From an uncultured Candidatus Actinomarina sp. (GTDB lineage: Bacteria > Actinomycetota > Acidimicrobiia > Actinomarinales > Actinomarinaceae), in the NCBI GenBank assembly GCA_902619825.1, contig CACNFT010000001.1, positions 265,534 to 329,533 of the forward strand: 64,000 bases of DNA, in the 5' to 3' direction. The notes beneath the pieces are model-generated. The model was not told where the DNA came from and ran no database searches. It saw only the letters and a list, made by a program, of their open reading frames with translations. Below are positions 39,242 to 49,216 of this stretch, piece by piece (position 1 is the stretch's first letter; each line of letters opens with the position of its first letter). The translations under genes were made by a program, and so were the position numbers.

Positions 39242-39715
39242 CTAATTAGTATTTACACTACCAACTTTATTTATTTTTTGAACATCTAATTTGTAATCTT
39301 GCAGATTAAATTCTTTGAACAACTCACAAAGAGGTTTTACAACAAAAACTCTATTTGACCAATCGTAATGGGGAATGACTAAATCTTTTGAATTTATTAT
39401 CTGATTATTAAAAAAAACAATATCAATATCAATAATTCTTGGACCATATTTTACTGTTTTTTTTCTGCCCATCCTTCTTTCTATATCTTTAGTAGTTTCT
39501 AATAGTTCAATTACTGATTTTTTATAATCTATTTCTAGAACGAGATTAAAAAAATTATCTTGATCTTTTAATAATATTGGATCAGATTCATAAATTGATG
39601 AGATCTTTTTAATTGTTGAGAATTCATTTATTTCATTTATCGCAGTTTCCAAATTAGATTTTTTATCTCCAATATTTGAGCCTAAAGATAATATTATTTT
39701 ATTAAAATTCTTCAC
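39242..39715 (-). CDS. folK: 6-hydroxymethyl-7,8-dihydropterin pyrophosphokinase
   Basis: LSLGSNIG, SSIYES, GPRIIDIDI, IPH..R.FV. GTG 39715 chosen as start (ORF extends to 39727). Confidence 0.93.
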   Translation of the reverse strand: MKNFNKIILSLGSNIGDKKSNLETAINEINEFSTIKKISSIYESDPILLKDQDNFFNLVLEIDYKKSVIELLETTKDIERRMGRKKTVKYGPRIIDIDIVFFNNQIINSKDLVIPHYDWSNRVFVVKPLCELFKEFNLQDYKLDVQKINKVGSVNTN

Positions 39716-40073
39716 TTGCAGTAACACTTATATCTTCAACAAGTTCTTTCAATGGTGAGTTTGGCTTATGAATAGTGACCGTTGCTCTTGATATATTGTT
39801 ATATTTTCTTAAACTATTCAAAATCTCATATGCAAATGTCTCAATAAGATCAAAAGAATTATTATCTGATACATTTATAACCTCATTCACTAGGTTTTCG
39901 TAATTAATCGTATTTTCAAAGCTTTCAGATTTATAGTTTTCAAAATTCAAAATATTTTCTTTTAGCTCTATTAGCAAGTCAATCCTAAAGTTTTGACTAT
40001 TCGTTTTTTCATGGTCATAAAAACCATGGGTTCCATAAACATTTATACCCTCTACTTGAATTGTAAGAGGCAT
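39702..40073 (-). CDS. folB: Dihydroneopterin aldolase
   Basis: GTHG...E...Q.F.ID, TINY, LIET.A, HKP..P. Confidence 0.9.
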   Translation of the reverse strand: MPLTIQVEGINVYGTHGFYDHEKTNSQNFRIDLLIELKENILNFENYKSESFENTINYENLVNEVINVSDNNSFDLIETFAYEILNSLRKYNNISRATVTIHKPNSPLKELVEDISVTASEEF

Positions 40074-40074
40074 A

Positions 40075-40545
40075 TTATAATGCTGGAATTAGGGCTATGG
40101 CCTTTGGTGAAAGTGGTTTTCCAAGTATTCTTTCAAGAATTGTTCTTGCAAAAATAGGATCATCTAAAAGTTTTGAATAAATTAAATATCCAGCAAGGAT
40201 TCCTGGAACTTCTTCATCAAGATATTCTCTGTGAATTAAAAGTTTTCTTTCTTTGTCTGACAACGCTTCTTTAATTGCTTCAAAAATAACATCAACTGAC
40301 TCAACAGCCACATTTTCTCCAAGAGGAAAGTGATATGTTCTAAAACCAACTTCTTGATAGTTTTTTAAATTGAAGTCTGAATCAAGTAGTGAAAAAATCG
40401 AATTAATACCTTGACTCTTTAGCCACTGAATTTCTTCTTCTCTTCTAATTTTTCTAGCAGTTAGTCCACCGCCACCAATACATTCAGAGACTGCAAGTTT
40501 TCCTTCAATTATCCAAAAAAAATCGTTTGGTTTAAGTCCAGCCAT
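40075..40545 (-). CDS. Protein-tyrosine/dual-specificity phosphatase-fold protein lacking the CX5R motif
   Basis: F.WI...LAV, WLKSQGI..IFSL, HFP and LLIH...GILAGYL match the DSP fold pattern, but the P-loop reads HREYLDEE; SD GAGGAG. Confidence 0.65.
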   Translation of the reverse strand: MAGLKPNDFFWIIEGKLAVSECIGGGGLTARKIRREEEIQWLKSQGINSIFSLLDSDFNLKNYQEVGFRTYHFPLGENVAVESVDVIFEAIKEALSDKERKLLIHREYLDEEVPGILAGYLIYSKLLDDPIFARTILERILGKPLSPKAIALIPAL

Positions 40546-40590
40546 AAACTCCTCTTAAAGTAGCCTAACATAATACAGTAAACAAATAAT

Positions 40591-41334
40591 CTAATTATCT
40601 AGGTGCAATCTGACTAAATCAACTCCTGAATGCAAACAATGATCTTTCATTTCACTACTTGTCATTTTTATTTGATTAGTAAATTTTTTTCTTGAATAAC
40701 CAACAACCACTGGGTAGGTTTTTATTAAATTATTTAGATTCAAAAATAATTCTATAGAATCATCCATTTTTTTTCCAAATCCTAATCCTGGATCAACAGC
40801 TATTTGAGATTTATTAATTCCTTTCTTTATCAAGTTTTCAGTTTGATTAATTAGGTGAGTATTAACTTCGTCGACAACATCGACATAATCCATTTTTTCC
40901 TGAATATTATTTGAAGCAGGGTTTCTATGCATCATAATAATTCCACATTCACTTTGGATTGCAAGCTCAATCATTTTACTTTCTGAGAAACCTGAGACAT
41001 CATTAATAATTAAAAATCCTGACTTCAATGCTCTTTCGGCAACCAATGAATTTAATGTGTCTATCGAATAGTAAAATTTATCAGACATATTATCTAGAAA
41101 AAAATTGAGTCTATCCAGCTCTTCATTCGTATTTATCATTTCGAAATCTGGCTTGGTAGACATACACCCAACATCTAGAAAGTTAATATTATTTTCTAAA
41201 GCAAAGTTAAACCTTTCTTTAAGTCGCTTTTTTGAATGTAGTATTCCATCTCCACTAAAAGAATCATCTGTAACATTAATTATTCCAAAAGTTTTATTTT
41301 CAAGTTGTTTTAAAAAGTTTTTCCAATCAAACAA
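40591..41334 (-). CDS. folP: Dihydropteroate synthase (compact)
   Basis: GIINVTDDSFS, DVGCMSTKP, SIDT, INDVSG, DPGLGFGK, SRK, VRLH. Confidence 0.9.
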   Translation of the reverse strand: MFDWKNFLKQLENKTFGIINVTDDSFSGDGILHSKKRLKERFNFALENNINFLDVGCMSTKPDFEMINTNEELDRLNFFLDNMSDKFYYSIDTLNSLVAERALKSGFLIINDVSGFSESKMIELAIQSECGIIMMHRNPASNNIQEKMDYVDVVDEVNTHLINQTENLIKKGINKSQIAVDPGLGFGKKMDDSIELFLNLNNLIKTYPVVVGYSRKKFTNQIKMTSSEMKDHCLHSGVDLVRLHLDN

Positions 41335-41335
41335 T

Positions 41336-41902
41336 TTAACTCATGTTTAATGAAGCTTCAGCTCTCAAAGAAGAATCTAACTCATAAATGCCTGTTGAGA
41401 AGGTTGTTGTAATATCCCCTATTGCATTTTCAGGACTTAATAGATCTGAACACAAGTGCTTAGCTTTAACTTTTACATGCACTCCATCACAATCTAAATT
41501 GGAGTAAATCAATTGGGATATTTCCTCAGTAAATTTTTCCTGAAGCGTTAAATTACTTGATAAATTATTTACTAAATCACTGAATTTAGAGAATCCTATT
41601 ATGTCTTTCTTTGGCAAAACAGCAATACTTACGTGTCCAAAAAAAGGAAACATGTGATGTTCACAAAATGAAATAAACGGAATCTCGTTTACATAAATTG
41701 GTTGGTTATGTTCGACATCGTTAAGTTCAGAAAAAATTGACTCTATAGTCTTCTTTTCAAAATTTAGTTTATTTTCAATCTGATTTAAAAATTTTGTAGC
41801 AATTGTTTTTGCTGTATCCTCAGTTTTTCCTGAAATCTGAGAAATAAATTCTGCAAGAGCGCTTTCAAGCTGAGTATTTAATTTATCAACCTTCTTGCTC
41901 AT
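41336..41902 (-). CDS. folE: GTP cyclohydrolase I (divergent)
   Basis: [20 protein letters not shown]; ftsH-folE-folP synteny. Confidence 0.8.
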   Translation of the reverse strand: MSKKVDKLNTQLESALAEFISQISGKTEDTAKTIATKFLNQIENKLNFEKKTIESIFSELNDVEHNQPIYVNEIPFISFCEHHMFPFFGHVSIAVLPKKDIIGFSKFSDLVNNLSSNLTLQEKFTEEISQLIYSNLDCDGVHVKVKAKHLCSDLLSPENAIGDITTTFSTGIYELDSSLRAEASLNMS

Positions 41903-43764
41903 GCTAATTTTAAATTTTTGCCAGAACCTGTGATGTTTACTTTTTTTATTTTATTAAATATTCTTGCAACTTCTTCTCTATCGATTGTTTCTTTTTCCAT
42001 CAAAACTTTTACCATGTCTTCCATTTGCTTTTTAAACTTTGCAAGTATTTTTCCTGCGATTATGTGTGCGTCACTCAAAAGGCTCTTAACCTCTTCATCT
42101 ATTGATGAGGCAACTTCGTCAGAATAATCCTGCTGCCTTCCGTAGTCTCGACCGAGAAATACTTCATTTGTTCCTTTTCCATAAAGCATAGGTCCAAGCT
42201 TTTCACTCATTCCAAATTCCATAACCATTCTTCTTGCAATCTCTGTTGCTTTCTCAATATCATTTGAAGCTCCGGTAGTTGGGTCAGCGAAAATTAGCTC
42301 TTCAGCAACTCTTCCACCCATCAGCATTGCCAATCTGTCTTTAAGTTCTGCTTTTGAAGTTAAATACTTTTCACTGTCAGGGAGGGCTTGGGTGTATCCG
42401 AGAGCACGTCCTCTTGGAATAATTGTAACCTTATGGATCGGATCAGCATTTGGTAGAGCCCACCCTACAAGAGCATGTCCAGTTTCATGATAAGCAATGA
42501 TTAATTTTTCTTCTTCAGTCAAAATCTGACTTTTCTTTTCTGGTCCAGCTAAGACTCTATCGATTGAGTTTTCTATGTCTGAATTAGAAATTGTTTTTTT
42601 GCTTTTTCGAGCTGCAAGTAAAGCAGCTTCATTTAATAAGTTTGCTAAATCTGCTCCTGTAAATCCAGGGGTTTGCTTAGCAATGGTCTCTAAACTTACA
42701 TTTTTGGCAATAGGTTTATCAGCCGCATGAACTTTGAGAATCTGTGTTCTTCCTTTTAGATCGGGCCTATCTACAATTACTTGTCGATCAAATCTACCAG
42801 GTCTCAGCAAAGCGGGGTCCAATACATCTGGTCTATTTGTTGCTGCCATCAAAATTACACCCTGGTTTGCTTCAAAACCATCCATTTCTACAAGAAGTTG
42901 ATTTAATGTTTGTTCTCTTTCATCATGACCACCACCCAAACCAGCGCCTCTCATTCTACCTACTGCATCTATCTCATCTATAAAAATTATTGCTGGAGAA
43001 GACTCTTTGGCTTTTTTGAATAGATCTCTTACTCTGCTTGCTCCAACGCCAACAAACATTTCTACAAAATCAGATCCTGAAATACTGAAAAAAGGTACAT
43101 TAGATTCTCCTGCTACTGCTTTTGCCAATAAAGTTTTTCCGGTTCCTGGTGGCCCAACAAGAAGAACGCCTTTTGGAATTTTTGCTCCAAGCTTATTGAA
43201 TTTTTCCGGAGATTTTAAAAATTCTTTTATTTCCTCAAGCTCTTCTTTTGCTTCCTCCGCTCCTGCAACATCTTTAAATGTTACTTTTGGAGACTCTTCA
43301 TCTAATTCTTTTGCTTTTGACTTGCCAAATTGCATAATTTGATTTCCATTTGAGCGAACCTGAGAAAACATAAAAAACATAAATCCAGCTAAAAATATCC
43401 AAGGAAGAAATGCTATGAAATAGTCCTGCATACCTGCAGGTTCAGTGTCGGTGTTTAAAACAATATTTTGATCAATCAATAATTTGAATATTTCTCCTTC
43501 AAAACCTTCTGGGTAGTCTGTTTGAAAAAGTGAATCATTATTAGCCAGTTTGTATTCAACTGTGTTTGATTGTTCTTTTATAGTTGCTTCTGTGACTAAT
43601 CCTTGATTTATTTGAGTTTGAAACTCTGAAAAAGTTGAATTTTCAGGAGCATTTATTGTTTGATTGTATCTTTGAGCACCAAAGAATATCAATAATCCTA
43701 ATGAAACATATATAAATAAAGATCTGTTTCTTTTTTTATTTTGTTCTTGTTTACTTTCTTCCAC
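41899..43764 (-). CDS. ftsH: ATP-dependent zinc metalloprotease FtsH
   Basis: Two [32 protein letters not shown]. Confidence 0.98.
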   Translation of the reverse strand: MEESKQEQNKKRNRSLFIYVSLGLLIFFGAQRYNQTINAPENSTFSEFQTQINQGLVTEATIKEQSNTVEYKLANNDSLFQTDYPEGFEGEIFKLLIDQNIVLNTDTEPAGMQDYFIAFLPWIFLAGFMFFMFSQVRSNGNQIMQFGKSKAKELDEESPKVTFKDVAGAEEAKEELEEIKEFLKSPEKFNKLGAKIPKGVLLVGPPGTGKTLLAKAVAGESNVPFFSISGSDFVEMFVGVGASRVRDLFKKAKESSPAIIFIDEIDAVGRMRGAGLGGGHDEREQTLNQLLVEMDGFEANQGVILMAATNRPDVLDPALLRPGRFDRQVIVDRPDLKGRTQILKVHAADKPIAKNVSLETIAKQTPGFTGADLANLLNEAALLAARKSKKTISNSDIENSIDRVLAGPEKKSQILTEEEKLIIAYHETGHALVGWALPNADPIHKVTIIPRGRALGYTQALPDSEKYLTSKAELKDRLAMLMGGRVAEELIFADPTTGASNDIEKATEIARRMVMEFGMSEKLGPMLYGKGTNEVFLGRDYGRQQDYSDEVASSIDEEVKSLLSDAHIIAGKILAKFKKQMEDMVKVLMEKETIDREEVARIFNKIKKVNITGSGKNLKLA

Positions 43765-43806
43765 ATTTTAAATTTAATAGAAGTGAGGTTAAATAAATAG
43801 TCAAAG

Positions 43807-44319
43807 TTAGGATAAAACCGCAAGATAAGGAAGTTCTCTATATTTTCCTTCAAAATCTAAACCGTAACCAACTACAAATTCTGGTCCTATCTTAAACCCA
43901 TGATATTTAATATCTAGTGAAGTTGTTTTGTCAGTATCTTTAATAAACATACACATAAATTCTAAACTTTTTGGATTTCTTGAATCTAATATTTTTTTTA
44001 AATATGAAAGGGTAAGGCCTGTATCAAAAATATCCTCAACAATTAAAATGTTCTTTCCACTTATATCTATATCTAAATCTTTTTCGATCTTAACCTGACC
44101 AGATGTTTCTGTGCCTTCGTACGAAGACACACTGATAAAATCAAATGATACATCTACTTTGAGCCTTTTTGCTAAATCACTTACTGTAATAAATGCTCCT
44201 TTTAAAATACCAATAATCAGTAAATCTTGGCCTTCATAATCCTCATTAATCTGATCACCAATCTCATTGATTTTGCTTTGTATTTCTGACTCAGATATTA
44301 ATTCTTTACTAATCTTCAA
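43807..44319 (-). CDS. hpt: Hypoxanthine phosphoribosyltransferase
   Basis: ILKGA, IVEDIFDTGLTL, FVVGYGLD, YRELP. Confidence 0.96.
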   Translation of the reverse strand: MKISKELISESEIQSKINEIGDQINEDYEGQDLLIIGILKGAFITVSDLAKRLKVDVSFDFISVSSYEGTETSGQVKIEKDLDIDISGKNILIVEDIFDTGLTLSYLKKILDSRNPKSLEFMCMFIKDTDKTTSLDIKYHGFKIGPEFVVGYGLDFEGKYRELPYLAVLS

Positions 44320-45571
44320 ATGAACCCTTTTCTACAGAAGCAACAAGTATATTTGATTTATATTTTTTTTCATTTTTAATTGCTTCATCTGATTTTCTTA
44401 ATCCTACGATCCAATACAAAGTGTCATTAACATATATAAGTGGCCACAAATTTCTCAATTCGCTATTTACTCCATAATTTCTAAATATTTCTGTTACTTT
44501 AAGCGAATTATTTCCGGATATGATTTTTTCCCCATCTTGTAAAGTTTGAATTGAAACATTGGATCCTTCGGGTATAGAAATGCTCCATTTATTAAAAATG
44601 TCAATCGATGAAATTTTTTTAAAACTAAAAAATCCATAATTTTCAAAATTAGATTTATCATGTATTATCCATTTATTTTTATCTATAAATAAAACTGACC
44701 CTCCAGATTTAAAACATATCCAATCCTTAAAAAAGTCTATTTTTATATTTTCATTTATAACTTTTTCTACTTTTTCAATATCTTTTTTTTCTATGGCATT
44801 CATGCCGATATATTTACCAACCCGATTTAAATAATATTGTTTCTCTAAACTCATATTGTCTATAAATAAAGCTGGTATCTCAACATATCCCTCAGATTTT
44901 TTTATATACTTCAAATTATCGTTGTCATAATTTGATCTAAATGCTACCTCATTTGATAATTGATCTGCTTTTGATTCAAATGAACCTGGAAATTTATTAT
45001 TTATCTCAGGAATTAAAAAATTTCTTATCCAATTTCTAACAATATTGTTATCTTTATTTGTTGGGTCTTCGGAATAAGGTATGTCATTTTTCTTAGCGTA
45101 TTCATAAATTTCTTTTTTTGAAATATTAATCATTGGCTTACTTGATAAAGAATTTTCTGAATTGATTGATTTAAGTCCTTCAAGCCTTGTACCTCTAAAT
45201 AAATTTATTAATAATGTCTCTGCCTTGTCTGATAAATTATGGCCTGTGAGCAAGACTTCATCTTTTTTTAAGTTTGATAAAAGATGCTTATATCTTTCAT
45301 CTCTCATTTCAGTTTCAGATGAATTAGGTTTTAAAGTAGTCTGAATTACTTCCAAATCTAAATTTAATGATTTTGCTACTTTTTTTGCTGAGGCTTCTAA
45401 ATCTTTAGAGTGTACTTGGTTGTGCTGAACAAACACAAGCCTTATATTTTTTGACATTTTACATAGAATATGAGCTAAGACTGAACTATCGACACCGCCA
45501 CTTAAAGCGATAACAAGATTTTTAGATGCGTCAATATTACTTTGAACGATGTTTTCAATTGAAGAATTCAT
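44309..45571 (-). CDS. tilS: tRNA(Ile)-lysidine synthetase
   Basis: ALSGGVDS PP-loop, R..RY, TGH...D.AET, DPTN...RN.IR; upstream of hpt. Confidence 0.92.
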   Translation of the reverse strand: MNSSIENIVQSNIDASKNLVIALSGGVDSSVLAHILCKMSKNIRLVFVQHNQVHSKDLEASAKKVAKSLNLDLEVIQTTLKPNSSETEMRDERYKHLLSNLKKDEVLLTGHNLSDKAETLLINLFRGTRLEGLKSINSENSLSSKPMINISKKEIYEYAKKNDIPYSEDPTNKDNNIVRNWIRNFLIPEINNKFPGSFESKADQLSNEVAFRSNYDNDNLKYIKKSEGYVEIPALFIDNMSLEKQYYLNRVGKYIGMNAIEKKDIEKVEKVINENIKIDFFKDWICFKSGGSVLFIDKNKWIIHDKSNFENYGFFSFKKISSIDIFNKWSISIPEGSNVSIQTLQDGEKIISGNNSLKVTEIFRNYGVNSELRNLWPLIYVNDTLYWIVGLRKSDEAIKNEKKYKSNILVASVEKGSFED

Positions 45572-45581
45572 AAAAACTTGT

Positions 45582-45860
45582 TTACTTTTTTATTACTTTA
45601 TATCTCTTTTTTGTAACTTGTCTAAAGTATTGAACTATATTTCCGATAATTACAAGGGTTGCAATAGCAACACTTGTAGGAATTAGAAACTTATATGTCC
45701 ATTGGGGATCTTCTGGAACCTCTATCTCTTCTTCAATTACAATTGCTGGTATTGGAGTTTGTTCGTGGTCGTCTTTAAAGCTTGAAGAGTCATTAGGAAT
45801 TGCCAATGCATGACTGTTAATAAATAAGAAAATAAAAAACATTGCCAAAAACTTTTTCAC
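45582..45860 (-). CDS. Small hypothetical membrane protein (signal peptide, acidic/Pro linker, C-terminal TM with basic tail)
   Basis: MKKFLAMFF...HALA signal peptide; WTYKFLIPT-TM-KKRYK. Confidence 0.7.
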   Translation of the reverse strand: MKKFLAMFFIFLFINSHALAIPNDSSSFKDDHEQTPIPAIVIEEEIEVPEDPQWTYKFLIPTSVAIATLVIIGNIVQYFRQVTKKRYKVIKK

Positions 45861-45915
45861 ATTAAAAGACTACACAATCATGAAAAAAAAATAAATTTAT
45901 ATTGGATTTATTTTG

Positions 45916-45987
45916 AGCCGAAGGAGGGAATTGAACCCTCGGCCTGCTCATTACGAGTGAGCTGCTCTACCACTGAGCTACTTCGGC
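45916..45987 (-). tRNA. tRNA-Thr(CGT)
   Basis: GCCGAAGTAGCTCAGTGGTAGAGCA-GCTCA-CTCGTAA-TGAGC-AGGCCGAGGGTTCAATTCCCTCCTTCGGCT; CCA not encoded. Confidence 0.96.
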
Positions 45988-46011
45988 AAAGAAAAGGATT
46001 GTAAGAAGATC

Positions 46012-47094
46012 TTAAATATCCTCGATTTTCTCCCAGTTTCTATTCTTATGTCCAAAATGAGAGAACAATGTATCTTCCCTGTAGTTTACATTTAATAAAT
46101 CTAATCGCTCAATAATTACTCCAGGCTTCATGCCAAACCTTGATACAAAATCATTTAAGACAGAATCTTTTTCTTTTTGAGAATCAAATGTATCAACTGA
46201 TAATTCATATGGTTCTGCTTTACCTATTGCATAGGCAACTCTTATCTGACATTTATCTGCCAAATTATGAGCAACTATATTCTTTGCTAAATGTCTTGCT
46301 GCATATGCTGCTGAACGATCAACTTTTGATGGGTCTTTTCCAGAAAATGCACCACCACCAACGGGCACAGTTGGTCCATATGCATCAACAACGATTTTTC
46401 TCCCTGTCAGTCCAGTATCTCCAGCAGGCCCACCTTTAACAAATGAACCAGATGGGTTAAGATCAAACTGAAATTTTCCATCAACGTATTTCTTTATCAT
46501 ATCTTCAAGATTGATTCTTAGTTCATCAATATCTATATCTTTTTTATGCTGTGTGGATATAACAACTTTTGTTTCTCCTCCACCTGTTGTCACCTGAACT
46601 TTAGAATCTAAATCAAGTTTTTCATCATTATTCTGAATTTCCCAAAGAGCCATTTGAATATTTCTACTGATATCAAAGGTAGGAGGCATAAAAGATTCAG
46701 TTTCATTGGTAGCATAGCCAACCATAATACCTTGATCTCCTGCTCCTAAGTCTTCGTCATCCTCAACTGCAGATCTTATCTCCTCAGATTGAGGTGTTAA
46801 CTCATTTTGAATTTTTAAACTATCTAATTGAAAATCCTCAAAGCTTGTCTTTATTGTTTTTGCTAGTGCATCTTTAACTATTTTTTCAATACCTTTATCA
46901 TCTATTTTTGCAATATCACTAATTTCTCCACCAACAACAACTAATCCACCATAAGTTGTACCAGTTAAAAATGTTTCTACTGCAACTCTTGATTCACTGT
47001 TGTTTGAAAGGGCTTCAGTCAAAACATAGTCTGAAATTAAATCAGCAATTTTATCGGGATGTCCGGGAGAGACTGTTTCAGCTGTTTTATACAT
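46012..47094 (-). CDS. metK: S-adenosylmethionine synthetase (short, 360 aa)
   Basis: GHPDK, GAGDQG, DTGLTGRKI, GGGAFSGKDPSKVDRS; SD AAGGAG. Confidence 0.95.
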   Translation of the reverse strand: MYKTAETVSPGHPDKIADLISDYVLTEALSNNSESRVAVETFLTGTTYGGLVVVGGEISDIAKIDDKGIEKIVKDALAKTIKTSFEDFQLDSLKIQNELTPQSEEIRSAVEDDEDLGAGDQGIMVGYATNETESFMPPTFDISRNIQMALWEIQNNDEKLDLDSKVQVTTGGGETKVVISTQHKKDIDIDELRINLEDMIKKYVDGKFQFDLNPSGSFVKGGPAGDTGLTGRKIVVDAYGPTVPVGGGAFSGKDPSKVDRSAAYAARHLAKNIVAHNLADKCQIRVAYAIGKAEPYELSVDTFDSQKEKDSVLNDFVSRFGMKPGVIIERLDLLNVNYREDTLFSHFGHKNRNWEKIEDI

Positions 47095-47201
47095 TGCTAT
47101 ATATGCTCCTTAAAATTTACATAAATAAGCATAATTATATTAATAATTCTTTGGATTAGTTTCTACTTTAACTTAATCAAATTAGTTATTATCCTTCTGC
47201 T

Positions 47202-48377
47202 ATGTCATCTGAGATTAAAAAAATTTACAACTTATTATTCTCAGTAGGTTTTTCATCCATAGGCTTTATTGCCGCTATAACTGTAACGGCATTGGCTGTA
47301 AGAGAAGTTACTACAAATCCCTATTTAGTAGGTGCTCCTAATGCATTAGGTGTTGGCGGTGCGTATGTTGGAACTCAAATTTTTGAGTATCTTCAAAATA
47401 AATATTCTAGAATGAGCGCACTAACTTACACATTCTTTACAGGTGGCTTGGGGGGACTTGTCTGTTTTATTAGTCTTTTAATAAACTCACTTTATTTACT
47501 TCTTTTGGGTGCATTTATATTAGGTATTGGTCAGTCAGCAACATTGCAGACAAGGTATGCTTCGTCATTTTTAGTTAAAGAAAATTTTAGGGCAACAGCA
47601 TTGTCATTGGCAATATGGTTTTCTGTTTTTGGTTCTGTGTTCGGGCCTAGGCTTGTCGGCCAATACTCTTCAACTTTTGAAGAAATGTTTGGCTCTGAAT
47701 TAATAGTTGCCTACTTAATTGCAACATTAGGTTTTTTACTTGCTGGTATATCAGTGTTAGGACTTACTAAAAAGGACAGCAAATTAAGATTGCCTGCTTC
47801 TGCGATTAAAAAGGGCACAAGCAATAAACTTGATAAAACTGCAAAACAACTTACCGTGTTATTAGTTATAAATCACTTTGTAATGGTCATTATCATGGCT
47901 TCAACCCCCTTGCATATTCAAGATATAGGAGAAACAATCCAAGTAGTCGGCACAATAATAAGTTATCACACTCTTGGAATGTTTGTATTTTCTCCGGTGT
48001 TAGGTGGAATAGTAGACAGAATTGGTTCAAAAAAAATATCAATTTCTGGTGGAGTTATTTTATTAGCTAGTTGCATATTTGCTCTTAATAGTGAGGATAT
48101 GTTTTTGCTACACTTAAGTTTATTTTTGCTTGGTCTTGGTTGGAACTTTAACTTTGTTGCAATAAGTTCTGAAATCTCAAAATATTCCATTACGAAGAAA
48201 ACAAACTTAAATATTAAAAGCGACTCTTTTGTATTTATAGGAAGTTTGGTAGCCCAGTCTTCATTAGGTTTAACATATACTTTTATAGGATTTAGAGGAC
48301 TTGTAACGTTTGGTATTTCTTGTGCTGTAATCTTGCTAATTTCATTAATCCGAAACTCCTCAGAGCTATTAACTTAA
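47202..48377 (+). CDS. MFS transporter
   Basis: About 12 TM; RYA motif, ISYHTLGMF..SP..G..VDRIG, LLGLGWNF. Confidence 0.85.
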   Translation: MSSEIKKIYNLLFSVGFSSIGFIAAITVTALAVREVTTNPYLVGAPNALGVGGAYVGTQIFEYLQNKYSRMSALTYTFFTGGLGGLVCFISLLINSLYLLLLGAFILGIGQSATLQTRYASSFLVKENFRATALSLAIWFSVFGSVFGPRLVGQYSSTFEEMFGSELIVAYLIATLGFLLAGISVLGLTKKDSKLRLPASAIKKGTSNKLDKTAKQLTVLLVINHFVMVIIMASTPLHIQDIGETIQVVGTIISYHTLGMFVFSPVLGGIVDRIGSKKISISGGVILLASCIFALNSEDMFLLHLSLFLLGLGWNFNFVAISSEISKYSITKKTNLNIKSDSFVFIGSLVAQSSLGLTYTFIGFRGLVTFGISCAVILLISLIRNSSELLT

Positions 48378-48379
48378 AA

Positions 48380-49216
48380 TCAAATCTCGATACTAAAGAG
48401 ATCGTATCCAATATATATATTTCCATCATAATATTTCTTAAGTTCCTCTAACACTTTCTCTTCATCAAAATTTGGGGGGACAAAATGTGTGAGGACTAAA
48501 TTTTTTGTTTTTGTTTGGTTTGCAATATCTCCCACATCTTTTGTGCTTGTATGGTACTTCTCAATATTTTTTATTGTTTCTAAGGTCATCCGGTTTTTAT
48601 CCATTTCTAAATTAACAAATAATTCATGTACTAAAATATCAGAGTCCTTTGCTTCCTTTATTAAATTTTCAGATTTCTTGGTGTCACCTGATATAACAAT
48701 TATTTTTTCTTCATCATTTTCAGTAACATTTATTTTAAAACCATAAGCTGGGTTTACAGGTTGATGATCGACTTTAAAAGGGCGGATTGTTACATTTTCA
48801 GAAATAAACTTATATCCTTCATCAATCTCAACAACTTCGAAGTTTAAGCCATCTTCATTAGGTCTCATCTCATATTTTTTTCTTAATTCAAGTTCATCTG
48901 AATAAGATTCAAGCTGCTTAATAAAGAAATGTTCTAGTCCAGCTGGACCAACAATCTTAAATGGTTTTTTTCTTCCTTGGTGCCATCCAGAAATATATAT
49001 TTGGTATAAGTCAACTATATGGTCTGAGTGCATGTGAGTAATGAAAACTTCATCTATATCAGAACTTTTTAATCCTAATTTGTTAAGTCTTTGAGTTACT
49101 CCAGAACCAACATCAAAGAGATAGTTTTTTTTATTTATTTGTACGAGAGTAGATGGGCCAAATCTGATATGGCTTGGAGCAGGGCATCCAGTCCCTAATA
49201 GAACTATCCGATTCAT
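48380..49216 (-). CDS. Metallo-beta-lactamase-fold hydrolase, RNase Z/arylsulfatase (AtsA)-like
   Basis: LLGTG.P, THMHSDH, SGDT, VHE, YHT, LTHF. Confidence 0.85.
   Translation of the reverse strand: MNRIVLLGTGCPAPSHIRFGPSTLVQINKKNYLFDVGSGVTQRLNKLGLKSSDIDEVFITHMHSDHIVDLYQIYISGWHQGRKKPFKIVGPAGLEHFFIKQLESYSDELELRKKYEMRPNEDGLNFEVVEIDEGYKFISENVTIRPFKVDHQPVNPAYGFKINVTENDEEKIIVISGDTKKSENLIKEAKDSDILVHELFVNLEMDKNRMTLETIKNIEKYHTSTKDVGDIANQTKTKNLVLTHFVPPNFDEEKVLEELKKYYDGNIYIGYDLFSIEI

Noticed and set aside
22228..45987. Shared sequence between the two tRNA-Thr genes as att sites of a 24-kb island
   Set aside because: Both are complete isoacceptor tRNAs, the enclosed genes are core housekeeping and no integrase is present.
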